DNA from: Mustelus asterias
Lineage: Eukaryota
Assembly: GCF_964213995.1 (NCBI RefSeq)
Contig: NW_027590140.1
Location: 1-64,000, forward strand
DNA length: 64,000 nucleotides
Reading direction: 5' to 3'
Made by a program: the position numbers and the translations under genes. A model generated the notes under the pieces. It did no database searches. It saw only the letters and a list, made by a program, of their open reading frames with translations, and was not told where the DNA came from. This document shows positions 1 to 12,365 of this stretch, in pieces (the stretch's first letter is position 1; the number at the start of each line of letters is the position of its first letter).

Positions 1-465
1 GGGAAGCTGTAAACCAAGGAAAGAGTGGGGCCCATTAGACACCAAGAGAGCAATCTCTGTGTGAAGCCACTGCACATTGACTGGCGGTTAAATGAATACT
101 TCTATTTGGTCTTCGCTCTGGAAAAGGAGAACGGAGGTATGGAGTTCAAGAAAATGGATTATGAGGAACTTACACAATTCGACATAGGTATTGGAGAAGC
201 TGACGGGGTTGAACGTTAACAGACCCCCTCGTCTGGATAAATTTCACAAAAGGCTGCAGTGGGGGGGGGGGGGCAGGAAATTGCAGGAGTGCTGAGACAT
301 TTCTTTTTTTATTCCTCTCTGTCGATAGTGGGAGGTGCCAAAGGACTTGCGGACGGCTCTTGGGGTTCCATTATTTAACAGGGTAGTAGACTTGAACCAG
401 GAAATTACCGACCGGTAGTCACACGTCAGTGTTAGGGGAATGATGGGAGAAAATTCTTGAAGGAA
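1..465 (+). mobile_element. Decayed CR1-clade LINE ORF2 fragment
   Basis: GPIR..NLCV..LNEYF..VF (ORF 25-219), followed by a degenerate match to the PEDW...PGNYRP region of the better-preserved CR1 copies at 21.4-21.9 kb and 38.9-39.3 kb. Confidence 0.7.
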
Positions 466-559
466 AGTATATATTTATATATGCTTCACGTGAAATTTTA
501 ACGGAGACCGACAGGCAACATGCAAATTGCAGTTGCCAATTTATTTATTTTCCAAGTTC

Positions 560-1310
560 CAGGAGACAATATGTGCATTCCTGGGAGTGACGGGGTGAAC
601 GAACCAAATAAAACAAGATCCAAATTTGCCCTTTAACAGGCCTCAGTGATAGTATCCCGTAATTACCATGATTACTTGGTATTACTTGATATACAAATGA
701 AATTGGTGAGAGAGGATCCAGTTTGTAATGGCACACTTTCTACGAATGGGCTAGATTTCATGGGCATCTATATAAGATAATGGCATGGGTTGTATCAGAT
801 TATTAATATTTTTGCTCAAAAACACTATTTGCCTGAGATTAGTATGTGCAGTTGTCAAAACTTTCCTGTGTGGTATTGAATTAGTATTATTCAGGTGAGT
901 TTGTACATTTGAGATAATGGATGGTATTTTGATTGTACAAGATTAAGCTGCTGGTGGTAAAGTATTAAGGATCTAATGAAATCTGTTCTGGATTTGGCTG
1001 ATGGAGCGTCCGTACTGAGAAATTATCTCATATGGTATGGGTTCAGTACTGCAGTGGCAAATATAATTGTACAGGTGCTATACAATAAGGATGTTAATTA
1101 TTTAAGGTGAATTTATATGTCATATCTGCGGCTTCGAACTGTTGGTTATATCATCAGCGTTCTGATCAATTAATCTTTGTCTGTTGGCAAGAGTGCAAAG
1201 AGGATTATTTTACTGGCAGGACAGGCCTATATATTGTGTTGTGTGAAATGAATTTTTGAGTGGCAGCACATACATAATATAACATGTTGAAAGGCCTGAC
1301 AGCGAAAAAC
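560..1310 (+). mobile_element. Possible highly decayed L1/Tx1-like LINE 3' fragment
   Basis: Only fragmentary peptides, such as 'AKRIILL' near 1190-1220, resemble fish L1 ORF2 C-termini. No long ORF. Confidence 0.25.
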
Positions 1311-1507
1311 ACACTTCAGGAGGTATTTTATGATCCTCAGAGAAGTTATATACGTTCAAAATATAATTTATTTTACAAGTACAAGCTTAAAGGCAGAGAC
1401 TTGGAGCGGAGTGGAAACGCAGACATCCACCAATGCTGGAATAAAACTGGAAGAGTCAGAGATTTCAAGGACAGAAAGATGCAATTCGGCCGTGGTTTCA
1501 GCACCGT

Positions 1508-2040
1508 CCATTAAGATACTCTATTCTAATCCAATTTCCCAGCACTGAGCCCGTCGCCTTAGTTCTGATGGCGTTTCAAGTTTTCATCTGAGTGCTTCTT
1601 AAATATGGAGACAGTTTCATGTACATTTCCCACCACTCCATGGGAGAAACATTTCTTTCCTCAGATCCCCTCTAAATGTCTTGCATCTTATGGTAAATCT
1701 ATGTCTCCCCCAGTCCACCCAGACAACTTCGCCGCCGCCCCCCCCCCCCCCACACACACACACACACAGACACACACACACATCCACAGTTATTGACCCC
1801 TCTGTTGAGGGAAAACATTTTTTTCTACCAACTCTCACTAGTTCCCTTGGAGTTTTGCACACATCAGTTAGATCTCCACTCAGCTTTTGCTGCTCTAAGG
1901 AAAACAATCCAAGACTAACCAGCCTCCCTTCATAGCTGAAACCCACAGGCAACATCCTGGTGAATCTCCTCTGCACACTTTTTTGTGCAATCACGTGCAT
2001 CCTATCATGTAGCGATGAGAAATGCACACGATACTCGGCC
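1508..2040 (-). mobile_element. CR1 LINE 3' end, with a poly-C/(CA)n microsatellite at about 1730-1785
   Basis: ORF 1617-2075 contains VQRRFTRMLP..SYEGRL..LGLFSLE..GDL, the CR1 ORF2 C-terminus. Confidence 0.8.
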
Positions 2041-2472
2041 CGGGGCTGACTGTGCGTTTGATACAGAACCGGCAAAATGTGCGTTTGATCAGAACTTCTC
2101 TGCTATGCCTCGGCTATGAAATGAATGTATCTCATGAGCCTTCCGAGCTAGCATATTTTTGGGGGAAACTCTCTGGACATGGAACCCAATGTATCGCAGC
2201 TTTTCTGGACTGCCTGGTGTCCTACCATTCGTGCAATCACGTCCATCCTATAGTGTGGCGATCAGAAATGCACACGATACTCGCCCTGCGGCAGAATGCG
2301 CGTTTGATACAGAACCGACAGAATGCGCTTTTGATCAGAACTTCTCTGCTGTGACTCGGCTATCAAATGAATGTATCTCATGAGCCTCCCGAGCTACCAT
2401 ATTTTTTGGCGCTCTCTGGACATGAACCCCAATGTATCCCAGCTTTCCTGGACTGCCTGGTGTCCTACCATT
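1985..2472. repeat. Tandem duplication of two ~245-bp units (1985-2230, 2231-2472)
   Basis: Both units begin gtgcaatcacgt and end ctggactgcctggtgtcctaccatt. The unit start derives from antisense CR1 sequence. Confidence 0.9.
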
Positions 2473-2542
2473 GCGTTGTTAATCCTTCTCAAAATGCATC
2501 ACCTTACACTTTTCAAGGTAAAATTCAATTTTCCACACTTCC

Positions 2543-2858
2543 TAGAATCCCTACAGTGCAGAAGGAGGCCATTTGGCCCATCGAGTCTGCACCAACCACA
2601 ATTCCACCCAAGATCTATTCATGTAACCCCATATATTTACACTGCTAATCCTCCTGAAACTAGAGTCAATTTAGCATGGCCAATCAACCTAACCTGCTCA
2701 TCTTCAGACTGTGGGAGGAAACCGGAGCAGCCGGAGGAAACCCACGCAGACACGGGGAGAACGTGCAAACTCCACACAGACAGTGACCCAAGGCCGGAAT
2801 TTAACATGGGTCCCTGGCGCTGCAAGGCAGCAGTGCTAACCACTGTGCCACCGTGCCG
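2543..2858 (-). mobile_element. HE1-type tRNA-derived SINE
   Basis: Reverse complement reads ggcacggtggcacagtggttagcactgctg (A box), then the core gtcactgtctgtgtggagtttgcacgttctccccgtgtctgcgtgggtttcctccgg, then a CR1-like tail. Confidence 0.9.
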
Positions 2859-5800
2859 TCCCTTCTGCCCATCTATTTAGCCCTTCTATATTGTGCTGCA
2901 GTATCCTAAATTGTCCACCTTGCTCTGTAACAAACCAATAATTTTCTTGTCATCTGCAAACTTCCTGCTAATGCCTCACATGCGCACCTGAAGTACATTG
3001 ATTTACACCAGAAACAGCCAGAGTCCCAGTACCAATCCCTCCAGTATATCAATGGACGCAGTCTTCCAGTCACAGTAAAACATTGGGCCATCAAACTCTG
3101 CCTCCAGAGATAAGGCAATTTTTTATCTAATTTTTCCCAATTGCCCTGGGTCTCACCTGCTTCAACCTCCTTGATCAGTCTCCCAAGCGGTTCTTATCAA
3201 ATACATAGAAGCAAGGAAGGACAGAAACGTTCCAACCCAGGCAACATCCTGGTCAATCTCCTGGGCACCCTTCCTAATGCAAGCATTTATTTCCTATCGT
3301 GTGACAATCGAAATTGGACGCGACACTCTATCTCTGGGCTAACGAATGTTACACACAGCTCCATCATAACCTCCCTGCTCATATGGTTGTGAATATCTGA
3401 GAGTGTAATGACTCAACGGACTGGAACAGATTCACAATGTGAAAGATGATTGATACTGTTCATGTGTGCACCACTGCTCAGGTCGAGATGTCAAATGAGA
3501 GTGGTCGGATGGGCATGTTGCCCACAGAGAGTTTTGCCAGTCATTCCCCCTCTCTATTTTGCAGATAGGTTGCGAAAAGGATCCAGGTGACAGAGGGTTT
3601 CCCATTAATGAACAATAGGGCATAGATTGTGATATCATTTTGGGTGTTGGCTGTTGTGGATTTCTTGGCTCAGTCTGTGAACGTGAACAAAGCGGATGAT
3701 TGCAGGGTCAGGTGTGATTCGATTCAGTGCAAGAAAATCCGTTGTGTTGCCATTGAACACGGGAATCTCATGGGCGATAATACTATGGTCGCATGTGCCT
3801 CCCAACTTATATCTCAGTTACGAAGCGACAGAAAACTACATGGGAATATTTGCCTTTGACCTTTGCAACAACCGAATGCCTGATATTGTGGAAAACCCGT
3901 TAAAAAGATTTGTGAACATGTCATTGACACATTAAGCTTTTAAATGTAAATCTGTCGCTATAGTTTTATATTGAATTAAATTTGTGTGAATTATTCAAAC
4001 CACTGCCCATAGCTAAAGGACGAGACATTGTACAAAACAGATCACACTTTCTTGCAAATATATTTATGGTAAAACTGTAAACGTTACCAATATAAAATCC
4101 GGAGCCTGAAATGTTGAGATTTTCTCTTGGTTCGAATATTCATTTGAAAAGTAAAGTCTCCAGGACAAAGTGAACCTACTCTAACCTAGAAACTGCTTGC
4201 GAACAGAAATGTAGCACTGATCATTGAGCTGCATTTCACCGCCTTGCATTTCATTATGTTCCTTAAAACTTATTATTAACTGGACTTTGTGAAGGGTACA
4301 GGAAATGATTAAGTTGTTCTTGAAATGGGCAATAGAAACTAATGTTCTCAGATAAAAACATTGCAGATGTTGTGATGGATAGCGACGAGAAAAGCAAAGG
4401 GGTCGCTGTCGCTCAATTGAAGAGGAATTCAATTCTGAGCTAGGGATGTTTTGCGAGACTATCATATATTTTTATGAGAATGCATGTGGAATTTTGAACA
4501 TACTTGTCATGCTGCTCAAAGCAATTTGATAAATGTAACAGAAGATGTTCAGGGAAGGATAATCAACAGATTCACTCGATTAAACACTTATCTTATCGTG
4601 AAAGTTTGGAAGGTTTGACATGCATTCATTTGAATTTGGAAGAATGGGTGATGATCCTATTAAAAATATATGATCACGAGGGGCTAGATAGGTTGATGCT
4701 GTTTCTCTTTGCGCGCGTGATTGCAAGTCACAGATTCAAATAATCCTCTCGATGCAGATGGAATAAATTTGTGTTGGTATTACTGGACTGGCTCCCCAAT
4801 CGAGCAAGATGGTTTACCCTGCCTTTTCCCCGTAGTCCAGCCCAGTGTTTCTATTCAAATAATCATCGAATGCCTCGATTAAAAATGCCTCCATCACACT
4901 TCCACAGTATGATGCAATGCATTCTACAGCGTGTGTTTTTTCTTCACATCGCATTTGCTTCTGTTGCAAATCACTTTATATCTGTGCCCCTTTGTTCTTG
5001 CTTCTGTGATGAGCTTGAACATATTCCTGCTTCCTATGTGACCTGCCCATTCCCCTCATGGTTTTGAACATCTCTATCAAATGCCATCTAAGCCATCTTC
5101 CCCAGAAGGAAAATTCGAAAACACTCCAATCGATCGTCATAACTGACGTTTCTCATCCCTCTTCTGCACTCTCTTCAATTCGCTCACATTCAGTTTTGGT
5201 ACCTGTGTCCAAAATATACAGTGGTATCGAAGGACTACAGAGATGTGCCTACAAGTATCTGTCACTTGTCATTTGTCTGTGAAATTCCCTTTCCAAGAGA
5301 GCAGTGGAGGAAGGAAAAGTTGGGATACTTTACGGCTAAATTGGATAGATTCTTGACTGACAAGAGATTTGAAGCAGTAAACCAGAAGGGAGAGGCCATA
5401 GTTAGATCATTAATGATCTAACCAAATGAAAAGCAGACTCAATGTGCAGCATGACCTCCATGTGCTCCAATTTTTTTATTATCTTTCTCTTCACTGACAT
5501 GAATTAATTTTGAAGGGGCAGAGACACTCTGCGGGTTCATGGAAGTCTAAAGTTGCAAAGAGTGAGGAAACAGAAAGGCTAATCTTTAGAATTTACCAAT
5601 GCCTCTCCAGGAACAGCAGTTTAGAATGTTACCACTCCTTGTTTAATCGACTGAGGTAGGTTACACGGAGACATGAAACAAGTAGATGCACTTAAAAGCA
5701 CAACTACAGATCTGTTGTTACACTGTTTGAAAAGAGCTGCAGTGCAATGAGATGGTTCATTTTTGGGAGAAGGGACCATATTAATTTAAAAGCTTTCAAT

Positions 5801-8102
5801 GAACCCTAAAAGATTACATATCATGGAGAAGGATGGGATTTTAGAAAATTCACTCACATGCAACTTATTCGTGTGTTAGCTAGGCGAAGTGGTGTTCTGA
5901 AAGAGGCAAAGGCATTATACATAAATGATGCAGCTGTTAGGTGGCTCCAGGAACCTCGACCTCAAAGAAGCAGAGGTACCAATTGCTACAGTTGTCATTA
6001 ACAATTTGTGTGCTTTTCTGCTTGTGTAGATGCCTTGGCAACAGTTAATGGCAATTGAGCTCAAGGGAAGTCCTGGATGCCCTGTTTGGCTATGAAGAAA
6101 GGTACAACTCCGAAAAGAGGTGGCAGACAGTTATAATCCGACACAGGCGACGGACTGCATGTCGCAGAGACGCCAGCGGTTCAAGAAGGAATGTCAGCAG
6201 CACCTTCTCAAGGGCAGCTCGAAATAGACAATAAATGATGTTCTGTCCAGCGACACCCATAAACCACATATGAATAAAAACAAGGCAACATGTCAACTGA
6301 ATGAATTAAAGTCTTTCGAAAATTGTAATGCTGCCGACATCAAAAGGAAGGAGATCAATCTTCGGAAAGCCTTGGAACAGAGATCCTGGAGAGGAGATTA
6401 AACCATCGGAAGTGAGCAGACATTGAGGTAGTCCCAGTCGGAATACTTTTCAAGGAAATCAGAGGTTAGATCTTAAATAATGAAAATCTGAAGTTGCTCA
6501 CAGCGGAGACGCAGTTTTCACGAGATCTTTGGACACCACGTATTCACTGACATCTGGGTGAGTTGCTGACAAAACCTCACAGTTGCCTGTGTTATTTGCC
6601 ATTCACTAGATAGTGAAGTGTTTTCGGAAAAGACACTGGTCCTTAATTCACATCATGAAAATTCTGATTCTCAGAATACATATAAGATTTTATAACTTAT
6701 TTTACGTTTTCACACTTTGTAAATAACACTCTTGGCTTTACGTTTGCGCTGCTCTGACATCATTCCAGTGAGAACTGAGGTTTCAAACTTTGCCCAATTC
6801 AGAGGAAACATTGCTCGTCCTTAACTGGCTGGCAACAATATGTACATAGAGGCAAACCATATAAAGACATAGACAACGATATATAACTACGTAAATACAC
6901 AAAGTTTTTATATTTTATATACCTAGATTAAAACACAAAACGTGACGTACAAGATGCCAAATGTAAGTTGCTGATTTAAATAACGCATGGCTACCAAAGT
7001 TGGCAACAAGACACAATTGTCAGGATTTGAAGAGGAGGGAATTGGGCAGAACGGACAACATTCATGACGGCATCACGAACACCAGTGCTGGCATTGCAGC
7101 TGCTCCTCGACCAGCTCAGTTTCAGATTAACTCCACAACCATTTAGGCGCCAATCACTTCGCAAGGCCACCATGATCCAAAGACCACCTGAACTACTGCC
7201 TAACCTTTCACAAATAAAGCCCACAAAATTGTTAAATTGCTCATACAAATATATCGCTGTATCAAGACTATGATCAAAACGAACATCCATTATTCTTTGC
7301 TCATTTAACTAATCAAATTTTCCAGACAAAATAATCCTTCATAAATAGTAGCGTTTCCTGGCAGGCTAACTTAGTCAAAAGGACGGTATCTAGAGAGAAG
7401 CATTAACGTTCAACAATAAATGGCGAGTGCAATTATCAATTTAGATATTCTATGAAATATAAAACACAAGAGTCTAAATACAGAGCAGAACTTTTCAGTA
7501 CCTTTCCAGTCGAGGCACACGAATAATTTACTGAATTGTGTCCAGTCTAGCTTTGCCAGCATAATTTCAACGTTACACAGACAATCGCTTCTTCCTGGCA
7601 CTGGCTTATTTTTGTGGTCGCTAACTTTATGTCAATGACAGTTAATTTCAAAATCAATTATGTTATTTTCAGTAATCAGGCAATTGACATAAAAAAACGC
7701 ATTTAGCAGGTGGTCAGGTCAAAATAATTCAGAAAACATTTAATTAGCATCACATAAATAGTTGTAAATTCCAACGTGTCTATTTCGGGTAAGTTCCATA
7801 ACGTGTCAATCTGAATCCAGATAAAACTGCAAATGCTATTTTATATTATTTCTCAGTGAAATTTGGGGAAACCATCGTTTTTTGGTGGACTCTTCACATT
7901 AAGAATGTCAATCTCTCAAGCTTTTGTGGAATGAGGTGCGTGAACGTCTGCCACAACATTCAGAGATTGTTGAGTCCATGCAGTTTATGAACAAAGCCAG
8001 GACTCTGACTCGAGAACGGGAAGTAGTGATGCACAACGAATGCAGTCTTTGTCAGCGATGGTCACAGCCCATGAAACATAGCTTAGAAACGAAAAAAACA
8101 TT

Positions 8103-8152
8103 GAAGAAGAAGAACAAGAAGAAGAAGAAGAAAGGGGAGGAGGAGAAGAAGA
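8103..8152. repeat. (GAA)n-rich microsatellite
   Basis: gaagaagaagaacaagaagaagaagaag run; explains the poly-K in ORF 7924-8274. Confidence 0.9.
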
Positions 8153-8553
8153 ATATTGCCTACACTTTGCTTCCTCGGGCTTTTGTCCTCCAGCGCCCTC
8201 GAGGCAGATGGGAATGCACAAATATCAAATCAGCACTGGTAAGGGAGCTGGATATTAACAGATCAAATTATTGAACTGGACAGTCAGCTCTGATGAATGG
8301 TCATCTAGACTCGTACCTTTGGCTCTATTCTCTCCCCACAGCTGCTCTGAGACCTGCTGAGATTTTACAGCATTTACTGGTTTTCTTACTGCACTTGATG
8401 CTGTGTTGATTTAGATTTCGTTATATGATCTTCAATTCAGACATTGGAACAGAATTTAAAAGAAAATGCACTTTGGAAGCGATTTTGTGAGTGGCATGGA
8501 CGAATTAGGTCATTCTGCCATATACAATTCAGCTAACGTTGAATTGCACTATT

Positions 8554-9464
8554 TCAAGACATAAATATTTTTACAAATACGTTCAGTGGATATTTCATCC
8601 CATTCTTTAACTCATCTCTGATTTTATTCTGGGTCACAGCATAAATAAAAGGGTTGATACAAGAACTCAAGAGCTGGAGCATATATCCAGTCTCAGAGAG
8701 AATGAACGTGGAATTACTGAAATTCGAACCCGAGAAATAAGTAACTTTAGCAATTCGCACAAAGAGGATGTTTATAAAAAATAACAAATAAGATAGGATG
8801 AAACTGCCCGAGATGGCGAAGAGTAAAACAATGGACTTTCTCCTCTTCTCCACCTCTGGGTCACTCTGATTCTCTCCATTGCTCTGGGTCCGGAGTCTCC
8901 TGCGGGCTCTATTAGCCGCTAGAATGTGTTTGACAGTCAGAGCATTGAGCAATGCAATCAGAATGAAAGGAAGAAAAGGGGTTAAAGTGGAACGGATCCA
9001 GTCATACGCTGCCCAAGCTGGTGATGTATAAATTATTCCTCTTATCATGCAGAACCAGGGTACGTTATTAATGATGTACCGAGGTTCAAATTGTAAATAT
9101 AGGAAGATATTTTTTACACAGGCCAGAATGGACACGATTCCTATTACACGCATCGCTCTCTTTTCTGTGCAATATTTTAATTTCAGCTTCTGACAGGAAA
9201 TGGACACAAATCGATCAAAGGTGAAAGCGACCGTTAACCAGGCAGAACTGTCCATTGCTGTGATATTCAGGACAGCACGAATACCGCAAACTGGTGTGAT
9301 AGACAGGAAACTAGAGGGGAAATAGATGCCAGCAATTCGGTTTAATATTACAGCCGTGAGCATCACCAGGAGATCCGTTACCGCCATGGAAACCAGGTAA
9401 TAAGTGACACATCCAGAGAGACCGCATCTTCTTCGAGACAGGATCACAATCACTGCCAAGTTGG
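8554..9464 (-). CDS. GPR139/GPR142-like class A GPCR, paralogue A, exon 2; join complement(8554-9464,10998-11067), 326 aa
   Basis: Open 7TM frame with YYLVSMAVTDLL (TM2), AFTFDRFVSISC (DRY-like), LPFILI (TM5), KSIVLLF (TM6) and INPFIY (NPxxY). Acceptor tctccctttcttacag|CC; the phase-1 join to exon 1 reads ...GVP-A-N-L-A-V. Confidence 0.9.
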
Positions 9465-10997
9465 CTGTAAGAAAGGGAGAGAGAAAAAAACAGAGAGAGT
9501 TAGTTTTTCGAATGGCAATAAAATCAACAGTGTTTTAGTATTGTGTGTGAAATGTAAAGCATTATGACTTGATATTAGGTTGGATGTGAGTCATTCCGCT
9601 CTGGACAATTCCTTACTTGTTTTGAAAAAGTCATCTTTATTAGATAATTAGATAGGGCAATAGAATAATCATGCAAAATTCTCCATGATGCCCAAATAAA
9701 CGATTAGAAGAAATCAAATTTATATCACTACTGACAGAGCAGGATTGAACGCGGCCGACAGAATGCAAAGAATAAAAAGGGAGGTGTACCAAAATATCCA
9801 CAACAAATAAAAGAAGAAAAAAAATTACAGTAGATAAACAGCAAACCAGCCAAAAATGAGATTGGAAAGTAACAATGTCACGGATTATATCTCACAGTCG
9901 ATGTAAAGCAGGTCCTATCAATTAAGTAATGTAAAATCATTCACTTGTTTTCGAAAGGTTGGGAATAAACTTGCACAAAAATACCATCCCAGGGAAGAGA
10001 ATGAACAATGAAAATTTCTGTGAAATTGCCGGGGACATTTTATGTGCTATGCAGGGGCAAACTGGAGCTCTCTTCATGAGAAATCCAGTGTCTATAAGCG
10101 TTAGCGGCTGAGAATACGAGCACTGAGTTCGGTGAGTGAAGGGTAATATCAGTCATCCATTAGAGGGCAACAATTATATTGCTTACATGTCTGTCAACCG
10201 CCATGCCTCCTAACGTTCCTTAAATAAACGATTTGATACAATTCAATTTGGGATTATTCAGTGGTTCAATCTTCTCAATTGTTGAATTATTTGAGGGAAT
10301 TATTGCTTCACTACACGTGTCAACAATAAATCTACAAAAACAACGTGATACGAAAGTTTAAAAGTCACTGCAAGTAACCGCACCGAGAATACAATGCCAG
10401 TCCATTGACTCTGTGATAGCCGTGTCAGAATTGACTATTTGGGACAATCACAAGGGATCTAAATAAAACCATAATAACGTCTACAGTTCTGAAAATAAAA
10501 AAAATGAATTGCATTTATACGGTGTTAATAGTAAGCTAATTAATCCATTCTAGCGGTTCTATTAAACAATAACATTGAAGATACACACTGAGATCTGAGA
10601 AGTAAATTGGTGAAATTCTATAAGTGCCGCGATTAAATAATAACTATCGGAGGAAGATGGTGTCAGTGAAAAGTGCATTCAAGTGAAGAAACTATGTGGG
10701 GAAATAGGTCCAATGAAAACATTCAAGGTTTGAAACTTTAACGTTAATTACGCTAAACTATATTCACAAACGTCCGATAATGTACTTTTAAAAAGACGAG
10801 TTAATGCAGTTACATATAAAGAATTGTACTTAAAAAAATAATGTATATCCTTCAAATAAAACAATTTATATCGCTGGAGGGATTAAACACAAGCAAATAC
10901 GTATGTAACTTGAAGAAGTGATGTGAATACAAAGACAGCATTGATGGAGCTGAACGATAATTAGCTATTAACTAACTGCAAAATTACAATATCATAC

Positions 10998-11067
10998 CTG
11001 GAACCCCTATAGCCCCAAGGACAGGATAGTAAATGGCAAACACCAGACCTTTCGGTATTGCGTGCAT
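10998..11067 (-). CDS. GPR139-like paralogue A, exon 1 (MHAIPKGLVFAIYYPVLGAIGVP)
   Basis: 70-nt exon ATG..CCAG|gtatg, homologous to exon 1 of paralogues B and C. Confidence 0.88.
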
Positions 11068-11116
11068 TTCTGTCAAAACTCTGAGCGTTTTCTGCAATTC
11101 CCTGAAAATAGTCGCA

Positions 11117-11176
11117 ATTATACTCCATAACAGGCTCTAGAGATTTAATTAGTCGTCTTAACTTTTGTCTTAATTG
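11117..11176 (-). promoter_or_regulatory. Putative core promoter of paralogue A (CAATTA, TAATTA, TCTCTAGAG, TATAAT)
   Basis: Motif order and spacing are shared with the two paralogues; the TATA-like box is 55 nt upstream of the ATG. Confidence 0.55.
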
Positions 11177-11865
11177 AAGTTATTGTAACAAACAGATGAG
11201 TCCAGCTCCTGTTTATTTGGTGTTTTTGTTTTATGGGGTTGAATTGAGACTTAACAGAGCTCTAATGCGAATTGTCAAGAAAGTAAGAAGGATCTCAGTT
11301 ATACTTGTTTCGATAACCATTAGCATCTTAATATTGGGGTCAGGCCAACAGAACTGGAAATGTTCTTAGCAAAATGATGCCAAATTCATGCTTTGTTAAT
11401 TATCATGTCCCTGCGATCACTGATCACATGTACGCACGTTGTGAATCTCCCCAAGAATTTGCACCCTTTGTATTCACTGTGGTCAGGTACAGTTAAGTAA
11501 TGTTACACTCGAGGTATAGTGACTTATTCAACAATTAATGCGATGCAGACTTACAATCTAAAACCGGGGGACTTAATCTCAGGATAACGGGGTAAATAAT
11601 TTGACACTGAGATTATGGGACGTTTCTTCACTCAGAGAGTGGATCATAGAATATATTTCATAGAATCCGTACAATGCAGAAGGAGGCCATTCCGCCCATC
11701 AATCTCCACCAACAACAATTCCACCCAGAGCCTTTCGCGGTATATACTCCACTATTCTAGATTTCTCCACTACAGAGTTGTGGAAACTTAACAGTTGGGC
11801 AGATAAATCGGTTGATTTCTGGGAGTTGATGACATCAACTAATATGGAAATGGCGTAGGGCTGTG

Positions 11866-12365
11866 TTTTTTTAGCGCAAGCGCAGCAACGAGTAGCACAG
11901 TGGTTAGCACTGCTGCTTCACAGCTCCAGGGTCCTGGGTTCGATTCCCGGCTCGGGTCACTGTCTGTGTGGAGTTTGCACATTCTCCTCGTGTCTGCGTG
12001 GGTTTCCTCCGGGTGCTCCGGTTTCCTCCCACAGTCCAAAGATGTGCGGGTTAGGTTGATTGGCCAGGTTAAAAAAAAAGATTGCCCCTTAGAGTCCTGG
12101 GATGCGTAGGTTAGAGGGATTAGTGGGTAAAATATGTGGGGGTAGAGCCTGGGTGGGATTGAGGTCGGTGCAGACTCGATGGGCCGAATGGCCTCCTTCT
12201 GCACTGTAGGGTTTCTATGATTCTATGAGTACTACAAATGTTTCAGTCGAGTATACCGCATCTGGGGGCATCGTAGGTGTCAGTACACCTTAATTGAAAC
12301 GGGCTAGCCTCGTCCTGGGCGAACCACCTGCATGATCATGGTTTCACCCCTGCCAGGAAGGTGAT
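11866..12365 (-). pseudogene. U1 snRNA pseudogene split by an HE1 SINE
   Basis: Reverse complement of 12227-12365 (cctggcaggggtgaaaccatgatcatgcaggtggttcgcccaggacgaggctagccc...actcgactgaaacatttgtagt) aligns to U1 nt ~1-138. A 3' stem remnant gctgcgcttgcgct plus A7 lies at 11866-11890. Confidence 0.85.
11895..12226 (+). mobile_element. HE1-type SINE (well preserved)
   Basis: A box cagtggttagcactg, B box ggttcgattcc, central core, tail ttctatgattctat. GAGTA occurs on both sides. Confidence 0.92.

Noticed and set aside
3430-3900. Coding-looking stretch (FWVLAVVDFL) as a fourth GPCR remnant
   Set aside because: No further TM motifs in any frame; could not assign it.
7924-8274. 116-aa Lys-rich ORF
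   Set aside because: Produced by the (GAA)n microsatellite.
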